Positions 26,227 to 32,000 of a stretch of DNA of 32,000 nucleotides are shown here, one piece after another; within the stretch, counting starts at the first letter, position 1; each line of letters begins with the position of its first letter. The stretch lies in the NCBI GenBank assembly GCA_000091165.1, contig FP565575.1:420001-452000 (forward strand), given 5' to 3'. The stretch comes from Candidatus Methylomirabilis oxygeniifera (GTDB taxonomy: Bacteria; Methylomirabilota; Methylomirabilia; Methylomirabilales; Methylomirabilaceae). Under the pieces are notes generated by a model. That model was given only the letters and a program-made list of their open reading frames with translations. It was not told the origin of the DNA and did not search any database. Position numbers and translations under genes: made by a program.

Positions 26227-26829
26227 TTGTGGGGCACCTTGTTGTGGATCGTAGTGGGCTTGGGCAATCCTGGTCCGGAGTATGAAGTCAGTCGCCACAA
26301 TGTAGGCTTTCGGGTTGTGGACACGTTGGCTGACCGGGCGGGCGTGACCCTCACGCGTTGCCGATACCGTTCGCTTTTTGTGAGAGGTTCCATTCACGGA
26401 GCCCAGGTTCTATTGATCAAACCTTTGACCTTCATGAACGAAAGCGGCTTCAGTGTCTCCAGATGGCAACAGGCGTTACGCCTTGATCCTGGTCGGATTA
26501 TCGTGGTCCATGACGACCTGGATCTGCCTCCCTCTCAGTTACGAATCAGGGTGGGCGGCGGTCACGGGGGGCACAGGGGTATCCGTTCCGTCATAGAGGC
26601 GATAGGCAGCTCCGACTTTCTACGAGTGAAGGTGGGGATCGGACGGCCTCAAGATGGGCAGGATGCGGTCACACACGTGCTGGGGCCTTTTGAGGAATGT
26701 GATGGCGGCGTGCTGGAGGCGGCGATACAACGGGCTGCCGATGCGGTGGAGGCGGTGATGCAGGAAGGTTTTGAGGTGGCGATGAACCGGTACAACGTTC
26801 GAGGTGCCCGTCAGACTCGCATGGCATAA
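26227..26829 (+). CDS. pth: Peptidyl-tRNA hydrolase
   Basis: IVVGLGNPGPEYEVSRHNVGF, TFMNESG, HDDLDL and GGHGGHRGIRS. The start is non-ATG (TTG 26227 or 26239), so it is uncertain. Confidence 0.9.
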   Translation: MWGTLLWIVVGLGNPGPEYEVSRHNVGFRVVDTLADRAGVTLTRCRYRSLFVRGSIHGAQVLLIKPLTFMNESGFSVSRWQQALRLDPGRIIVVHDDLDLPPSQLRIRVGGGHGGHRGIRSVIEAIGSSDFLRVKVGIGRPQDGQDAVTHVLGPFEECDGGVLEAAIQRAADAVEAVMQEGFEVAMNRYNVRGARQTRMA

Positions 26830-26848
26830 TCTGGAGGAGGTGAAGAGA

Positions 26849-27229
26849 GTGGGTCACTATGAGGTCATTATTATTTTGGATCCGGCCCTTACGGAGGAGA
26901 GTATTGATACGGAGATCGGCGGAGTTCGCGAGGTTGTGACCAAGAAGGGCGGACAGATGCTGGAGATCCAGAAGTGGGGAAAAAAGCGACTGGCCTACGA
27001 GGTAAAAAAGCGACGGGAAGGTCAGTATGTTCTCATGAAGGTGGACGGCCCTGGCGGAGTTGTGGCCGATCTCGATCGGCATTTTCGGATCACTGAGGTC
27101 ATCCTGAAAGGGGCGGTTGTCAGGGCTGAGGAGCCCAGGAGAGGACGATTTAAAGCGAAGTCGCACGCCACACTCGAGGGTAGTGCCGTCACCACTACCC
27201 AGGAGATGGAAGATGGTGAGCTTCAATAA
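26849..27229 (+). CDS. rpsF: 30S ribosomal protein S6
   Basis: GTG start 8 nt after GGAGGAGG. (V)GHYEVIIILDP...WGKKRLAYE is the typical S6 signature. Confidence 0.9.
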   Translation: MGHYEVIIILDPALTEESIDTEIGGVREVVTKKGGQMLEIQKWGKKRLAYEVKKRREGQYVLMKVDGPGGVVADLDRHFRITEVILKGAVVRAEEPRRGRFKAKSHATLEGSAVTTTQEMEDGELQ

Positions 27230-27614
27230 GGTGATTTTGCTGGGCAACCTGACACGAGACCCGGAACTTCGGCATACGCCGGCCGGTATGACCGTGTGTA
27301 ACTTCGATCTTGCGGTCAATCGATCTTTTACGACCAAAGGCGGTGACCGGCGAGAAGAGGTCTGTTTCATTACGGTCGTTGTGTGGGATAAGCAAGCGCA
27401 GACCTGTGCCGAATTTCTAAGCAAAGGGCGCCAGGCGCTGGTTGAGGGTCGGCTCCAACAACGATCATGGGAAACGCCGGACGGCCAGAAGCGAAGCAAA
27501 TATGAGGTTGTTGCAGAGCGGGTGCAATTTGTCGGTGGACGAAAGGATGCGGCAGGCTCCGAGTCCGAGGAGGAACCGCCTCGATCCGGCGGTGAGGAGG
27601 AGGTGCCATTCTGA
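27213..27614 (+). CDS. ssb: Single-stranded DNA-binding protein
   Basis: MVSFNKVILLGNLTRDPELRHTPAG (OB fold). Gly/Glu-rich tail ending EEEVPF (acidic tip). AGGAG lies 7 nt upstream. It overlaps the rpsF end by 17 nt. Confidence 0.9.
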   Translation: MVSFNKVILLGNLTRDPELRHTPAGMTVCNFDLAVNRSFTTKGGDRREEVCFITVVVWDKQAQTCAEFLSKGRQALVEGRLQQRSWETPDGQKRSKYEVVAERVQFVGGRKDAAGSESEEEPPRSGGEEEVPF

Positions 27615-27669
27615 AACCCGTGGTGAGCCCTGTCGAACCACGAGATGACGCTCAGGGGGGTGATGACGA

Positions 27670-27906
27670 ATGCTGAAAAAGCGACGAAGTTTTCGGCGGC
27701 AGAAGGTGTGTAAGTGGTGTGTCGATAAGGTTGAGACAGTCGATTTCAAGGACGCGAAGCGGCTTAGAAACTTTATTACTGATCGAGGGAAGATTATTCC
27801 GCGGCGGATTTCCGGGAACTGTGCCGGCCATCAGCGGCAGTTGGGCGGAGCCATCAAGAGGGCTCGCAGCATCGCATTGCTTCCCTTCGCCGCCGATCTG
27901 GTCTAA
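27670..27906 (+). CDS. rpsR: 30S ribosomal protein S18
   Basis: [43 protein letters not shown] is the canonical S18 core. Confidence 0.95.
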   Translation: MLKKRRSFRRQKVCKWCVDKVETVDFKDAKRLRNFITDRGKIIPRRISGNCAGHQRQLGGAIKRARSIALLPFAADLV

Positions 27907-27955
27907 GCGGGAGGACTCGGCAGATCGTTGCGGTGGGGTTGACGACACGCGTTCG

Positions 27956-28906
27956 ATGAAAGAGCGATCAGTCGGGAGGTTTGTGCAAGGCGCCGCCCTT
28001 TGTCTCGCGTCTCTCATGCTCGCGCTGGTCGGCGGAATGATCCCTGTTGCCGGGAGCTTTTTCAGTCTACTGACCCCCCTGCCGCTTATTCTCCTGTCCT
28101 TGAGAGGTGGTCGAGTTGTTGCCCTGCTTGGAGTATGTGCTGTAGGGATCGGTGTCGCCGGCCTCTTGGGTTTCGGACATGCCTGGTTCTTCTATATTCA
28201 ATTCGGCCTGCCTGCGATGGTGCTGGCGGAGGCTATCCGCCGCCAGTGGGCCCCTGAGATATCGGTCGCCGTAGGAAGTCTGACCGTCGTTGCAGGCGCT
28301 TTGGTCGGTCTTTTCATCCTGGCTTGGGGCGCGGGCGGATCGATGCTGGATTTCCTGACGCATCGGCTCGACATCGCCGTACGAGACGCGATGGAGCTGT
28401 ACGCCAGGATGGGCGTGTCTCCGGATGAGGTTGGCCCGCTGGCAGGATCGGGCGAGGAGATACGAAGACTTCTGCTTACAACGGCGCCCGGCCTCTTCAT
28501 GGCGGCGGCGCTGCTCAGCACCTCAGTCAACTTCTTTCTGGCAAAGAGGGGATCGACCCCTGTCACTGTATCCGGGGGTCTGACTCCGGTATTTACCTGG
28601 AGAGTTCCGGACTGGCTGGTGTGGGTGTTCATTGGATCTGTCGTCCTGCTGCTGAGTGGCCTGCCGATTGCGAGAGAGATCGGGTTCAACGGGCTGCTCG
28701 TCATGATGACGGTCTATTTTCTGCAGGGTCTGGCGATTGCCACGTTCTGGATTCGCCGGCTGAGACTGTCGCCGTTCGTCGGATTTTTGGGTGTTGCACT
28801 GTTGTTTCTTCAGCCCCTGCTGTTGCTCCTCGTCACGTTGGTCGGGCTGTTCGATATCTGGGTCGTTTTTCGCCGGCATTCGCTTCCGAGACCCCCTGAC
28901 GCGTAG
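27956..28906 (+). CDS. DUF2232 (YybS-like) polytopic membrane protein
   Basis: At least 7 hydrophobic helices. Its position between rpsR and rplI is the same slot as yybS in Bacillus. The start ATG at 27956 is the first in-frame ATG after the rpsR stop codon and has no clear Shine-Dalgarno. Confidence 0.6.
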   Translation: MKERSVGRFVQGAALCLASLMLALVGGMIPVAGSFFSLLTPLPLILLSLRGGRVVALLGVCAVGIGVAGLLGFGHAWFFYIQFGLPAMVLAEAIRRQWAPEISVAVGSLTVVAGALVGLFILAWGAGGSMLDFLTHRLDIAVRDAMELYARMGVSPDEVGPLAGSGEEIRRLLLTTAPGLFMAAALLSTSVNFFLAKRGSTPVTVSGGLTPVFTWRVPDWLVWVFIGSVVLLLSGLPIAREIGFNGLLVMMTVYFLQGLAIATFWIRRLRLSPFVGFLGVALLFLQPLLLLLVTLVGLFDIWVVFRRHSLPRPPDA

Positions 28907-28946
28907 AGCGCGACGGGTGAGGCAGTACGGAGGAGGTCACACACTG

Positions 28947-29396
28947 ATGAAAATCGTTCTGTTGGAACAAGTGGAGAAGGTGGGTTCTGCTGGTGATCAG
29001 GTTGAAGTGGCGGACGGCTACGCGCGGAATTTTCTGATCCCGACGCGCAAGGCGGTTGCGGCGACCTCCGCCAACATTAAGTCGCTGAATCATCTGATTC
29101 GACAGAATACGGAGCGTGAGGACAGGGTTCGTCATGCGGCGGAGACGACGGCCGGCCGGATCGCAGAGCTGCACTGCACGATCGCGCGCCGGGCCGGCGA
29201 GCAGGATCGACTCTTCGGTGCCGTCACCAACCAGGACATCTGTGCCGCCCTGGCCGCCCAGGGACTGGAGATGGATCGGCGAATGATTCTCCTGCAGGAT
29301 CCGATCAAGGCGCTCGGCAGCTACAGCATTCCCATCCGTTTGCACCCTGAGGTCGTTGCCGAACTTCGGCTGACCGTCGAGCGCGAAGAAGGCTGA
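28947..29396 (+). CDS. rplI: 50S ribosomal protein L9
   Basis: GGAGGAGG Shine-Dalgarno. MKIVLLEQVEKVGSAGDQVEVADGYARNFLIP is the L9 N-terminal signature. Confidence 0.95.
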   Translation: MKIVLLEQVEKVGSAGDQVEVADGYARNFLIPTRKAVAATSANIKSLNHLIRQNTEREDRVRHAAETTAGRIAELHCTIARRAGEQDRLFGAVTNQDICAALAAQGLEMDRRMILLQDPIKALGSYSIPIRLHPEVVAELRLTVEREEG

Positions 29397-29400
29397 GTCG

Positions 29401-30810
29401 GTGAGGCAACGAATCATGCCGGAATCGACCCTGGATCGGCGTGAGACAGGCGGGGAGCGTGTTCCGCCGCAGAATCTTGAGGCCGAGATGTCGGTCCTCG
29501 GGGCGGTTCTGCAAAGCAGCGAGGCGTTCATGAAGTGTCTCGAACTGCTGCGACCGGAGCAGTTTTACCGTGACGCGCACCGCAAGATCTTCGCTGCCGC
29601 CACCGGACTGTTCGGACGGGGCGAGCCGGTCGATCTCATCACGATCACCAATGAGCTTCGCCGCCGCGGCGAACTTGACGAGGTGGGCTCCTCGGCGTTC
29701 CTCGCCTCACTGGTGGATGCCGTCCCCACGGGTGCGAACGTCGCCTACCATGCGCGGATCGTTCGAGACAAGGCGCTACTGCGTCAGTTGATCGCCGTGG
29801 CCACCGATATCGTTGGGCTCGGCTTTGCCGACCAGGAGGAAGCGGACCAGGTTCTTGAACAGGCTGAGCAGCAGATCTTTGAATTGTCGGAAGATCGGGT
29901 ACGGCGCGCCTTCCTGCCGTTGAAGTTGATTTTGAAGGATACCTTTGAACAGGTGGAGAAGTTGTTTGACCGCAGGACACAGGTCACCGGGGTGCCTACG
30001 GGGTTCGAGGATCTCGATATGAAAACGGCAGGCCTCCAGCCGTCGGAGCTGGTCATCATCGCCGGCCGTCCCTCGATGGGTAAGACGAGTTTTGCTCTGA
30101 ACATCGCGAGAAATGCCGCAATCGGAGAACAGATACCGGTCGGCATCTTCAGCCTGGAGATGTCGAAGGAGCAGGTGGTCCAGCGGTTGCTGTCCTCTGA
30201 GGCCGAGGTCGACTCCAATAGGATCAGAACGGGGTGGCTGCGTGAGAGCGATTGGCCGAAGTTGACCAACGCGGCCGGCCATCTCTCAGAGGCGCCCATC
30301 TTCATTGATGACTCGGCTGCGCTTTCGGTCATCGAACTTCGGGCGAAGGCGCGGAGACTGAAAGCCGAGCAGAACATCGGGATGGTGGTGATCGACTACC
30401 TGCAGCTTATCTCAGGCCGTTCCCGATCCGAGAATCGTCAGCAGGAGGTGTCGGAGATCTGTCGGTCCCTGAAGGCGATGGCGAAGGAGTTAAAGGTTCC
30501 GGTTGTCGCGCTGTCGCAACTTGCGCGGCGGACCGAGGAGCGGGAGCGACCGCAGCTATCGGACCTTCGGGAGTCCGGCGCCATTGAGCAGGACTCGGAT
30601 GTCGTGATGTTTTTGTACCGGCCCGGGTACTATCAGGCCAGGAAGGCCGGGGGCCCGGATCCGGAGCGGGACACCAAGACCGAGATCATCATTGCCAAGC
30701 AACGGAACGGCCCGACCGGGACCGTGGAGTTGGCCTTTCTCAGGGAGTACGTTAAGTTCGGCTCACTCGACCTTGTCCATCAAGATCCGGATGAGGCGGA
30801 GGAGATGTGA
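29401..30810 (+). CDS. dnaB: Replicative DNA helicase DnaB
   Basis: PPQNLEAEMSVLGAVL, GRPSMGKTSFALNIA (Walker A), VVIDYLQL (Walker B), SQLARRTEER and QRNGPTG. No intein. Start is GTG 29401 or ATG 29416. Confidence 0.95.
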   Translation: MRQRIMPESTLDRRETGGERVPPQNLEAEMSVLGAVLQSSEAFMKCLELLRPEQFYRDAHRKIFAAATGLFGRGEPVDLITITNELRRRGELDEVGSSAFLASLVDAVPTGANVAYHARIVRDKALLRQLIAVATDIVGLGFADQEEADQVLEQAEQQIFELSEDRVRRAFLPLKLILKDTFEQVEKLFDRRTQVTGVPTGFEDLDMKTAGLQPSELVIIAGRPSMGKTSFALNIARNAAIGEQIPVGIFSLEMSKEQVVQRLLSSEAEVDSNRIRTGWLRESDWPKLTNAAGHLSEAPIFIDDSAALSVIELRAKARRLKAEQNIGMVVIDYLQLISGRSRSENRQQEVSEICRSLKAMAKELKVPVVALSQLARRTEERERPQLSDLRESGAIEQDSDVVMFLYRPGYYQARKAGGPDPERDTKTEIIIAKQRNGPTGTVELAFLREYVKFGSLDLVHQDPDEAEEM

Positions 30811-30819
30811 CGGGTCGCT

Positions 30820-30882
30820 GATCAACGTTCAACGTGCGATGTTCAATGTTCAACTGTGAATCTTGAACGTTCAACGGTTCAG
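30820..30882. repeat. Degenerate tandem heptamer array (consensus GTTCAAC, about 9 units). It includes a duplicated 11-mer and a perfect 12-bp palindrome, in the dnaB-radA spacer.
   Basis: Read in register: GATCAAC GTTCAAC GTGCGAT GTTCAAT GTTCAAC TGTGAAT CTTGAAC GTTCAAC GGTTCAG. AACGTTCAACG occurs at 30824-30834 and 30866-30876. TTGAACGTTCAA at 30863-30874 is self-complementary. Confidence 0.7.
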
Positions 30883-30908
30883 CGCGCCACCGCGGGAAGA
30901 GAGGAGTG

Positions 30909-32000
30909 ATGGCCAAGAGTCCGACCCACTACCTCTGCCAGAGCTGCGGCTATCAGACGGTTCGCTGGATGGGTCGCTGCCCGGATTGCGGAGAGTGGGC
31001 AAGCCTGTTGGAGGAGCGCGCCACGAATGACCGCGATCGCGGTCGTCGTGTCGTCACATCCTCGGCTTCGCACTGTGCAACACCGATCACCGCCGTCGAT
31101 AGCGGCGCACTCAACCGGGTGAGCACCGGCCTGGCGGAGCTGGATCGGGTGCTGGGGGGCGGGATCGTCCCCGGCTCGTTTGTGCTCTTGAGCGGTGATC
31201 CGGGCATCGGTAAGTCAACCCTGCTCCTTCAGGCGTCAATGCAGGTCGCGCAGAAGGACGGGGTCGTGCTGTATGTCTCCGGCGAGGAATCGCTTCAGCA
31301 GACTCGATCCAGGGCAAGCAGACTGGGTCCGCTTTCCGATCGTCTTCTCCTGCTCGCCGAGACCTCCCTCCAGATGATTCTTGAACAGACCGACCGGATT
31401 CGACCAACCATCCTGGTGATCGATTCTATCCAAACCATTACGTCAGACGATCTGGAGTCCCCCCCTGGCAGTTTCAGCCAGGTGCGCGAAGCGGCCGTTG
31501 GACTGATGGCGCTTGCGAAGGAGAAGGGGATCAGTACCGTGATCATCGGCCATATCACCAAGGAAGGGGCCATCGCAGGCCCGAAGGCGATGGAACACCT
31601 GGTCGACGCTGTTGTATTTATGGAAGGGGAGGGGCATCAGATTCATCGCCTGCTCCGAACTGTCAAGAATCGTTTTGGCCCTACCCCTGAGGTCGGTGTA
31701 TTCGAGATGACGGCGTCCGGCCTGCAAGAACTCGCAAATCCGTCGGAGGTGTTTCTCGCTCAACGCCCATCCGGGGCGCCGGGCTCAGTTGTGATTCCAA
31801 CTCTGGAGGGAAGCCGACCGCTGCTTGTGGAACTGCAAGCGTTGGTGGCTGCGCCAAGCGCTCCAATCTCCAGACGGGTGTTCAATGGAGTGGAGAGCAA
31901 CCGGGGCATGCTGCTGCTCGCTGTACTGGAAAAGCGGCTCGGCTTGCCGCTCAGCGCGTGCGATGTGTACGTCAATGTTGTGGGGGGCATCAGGGTGGGG
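30909..32000 (+). CDS. radA: DNA repair protein RadA/Sms, 3'-partial (364 codons, open to the window end)
   Basis: Translated by hand; not in the supplied ORF track. MAKSPTHYLCQSCGYQTVRWMGRCPDCGEW (C4 zinc finger), GDPGIGKSTLLLQ (Walker A) and RTVKNRFGPT (RadA-specific KNRFG motif). There is no stop codon through 32000. Confidence 0.9.
   Translation, partial: MAKSPTHYLCQSCGYQTVRWMGRCPDCGEWASLLEERATNDRDRGRRVVTSSASHCATPITAVDSGALNRVSTGLAELDRVLGGGIVPGSFVLLSGDPGIGKSTLLLQASMQVAQKDGVVLYVSGEESLQQTRSRASRLGPLSDRLLLLAETSLQMILEQTDRIRPTILVIDSIQTITSDDLESPPGSFSQVREAAVGLMALAKEKGISTVIIGHITKEGAIAGPKAMEHLVDAVVFMEGEGHQIHRLLRTVKNRFGPTPEVGVFEMTASGLQELANPSEVFLAQRPSGAPGSVVIPTLEGSRPLLVELQALVAAPSAPISRRVFNGVESNRGMLLLAVLEKRLGLPLSACDVYVNVVGGIRVG

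Noticed and set aside
26669-27499. 276-aa minus-strand ORF spanning pth, rpsF and ssb.
   Set aside because: It overlaps three highly conserved translation and replication genes on the plus strand, and has no start context or recognisable motif.
30820-30882. Assigning the GTTCAAC array to a known operator class: LexA GTTC-N7-GTTC, Cheo box GAAC-N4-GTTC, CtsR GGTCAAA heptads, or DnaA boxes.
   Set aside because: The spacings (N3, N10, N17, N4) and the core sequence do not match any of these consensus sites. I therefore report it as an unassigned element rather than a named box.
1-32000. Looked for CRISPR repeat-spacer periodicity, IS or transposon inverted repeats, integrases or recombinases, phage genes, toxin-antitoxin pairs, and defence-type NTPase, nuclease or reverse-transcriptase genes.
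   Set aside because: None found. Every ORF over 100 aa that I accept has a housekeeping, envelope or signalling assignment, except the 128-aa orphan.

Overview
This window is a GC-rich (about 60% by eye, not computed) core chromosomal region of a diderm bacterium, densely packed with housekeeping operons. I found no transposase or integrase, no CRISPR array, and no recognisable defence or toxin-antitoxin genes.

Gene content, left to right:
1. A signalling module: a receiver-HD-GYP phosphodiesterase (5' truncated by the window edge), a TM-HAMP-GAF histidine kinase, and a receiver fused to a His-less DHp-like helix pair. A HAD hydrolase follows.
2. A minus-strand, translationally coupled sugar-phosphate operon: pgi-gnd-zwf-pgl-glk-DUF2064.
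3. A gap of about 1.4 kb with visibly lower GC, holding an orphan 128-aa gene and a BamE-like lipoprotein.
4. A complete Tol-Pal cluster, tolQ-tolR-tolA-tolB-pal-cpoB, followed by a DUF2127 membrane protein.
5. leuB on the minus strand.
6. engB, a TPR lipoprotein, a LolB/DUF4292-like lipoprotein, ispE (reading frame broken inside a homopolymer cluster), tRNA-Gln(UUG), prs, rplY/ctc and pth.
7. rpsF-ssb-rpsR-DUF2232-rplI-dnaB.
8. A heptamer-repeat and palindrome-rich spacer, then the first 364 codons of radA. radA is absent from the supplied ORF track because it runs off the window end.

I do not see a convincing novel multi-gene system. The most worthwhile follow-ups are:
- the degenerate GTTCAAC heptad array with a perfect 12-bp palindrome upstream of radA
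- the broken ispE frame
- the receiver/pseudo-DHp protein, where the phospho-accepting His is replaced by Asp
- the orphan gene island
- the expanded Tol-Pal neighbourhood

All functional calls rest on motif recognition by eye. No database search was run.
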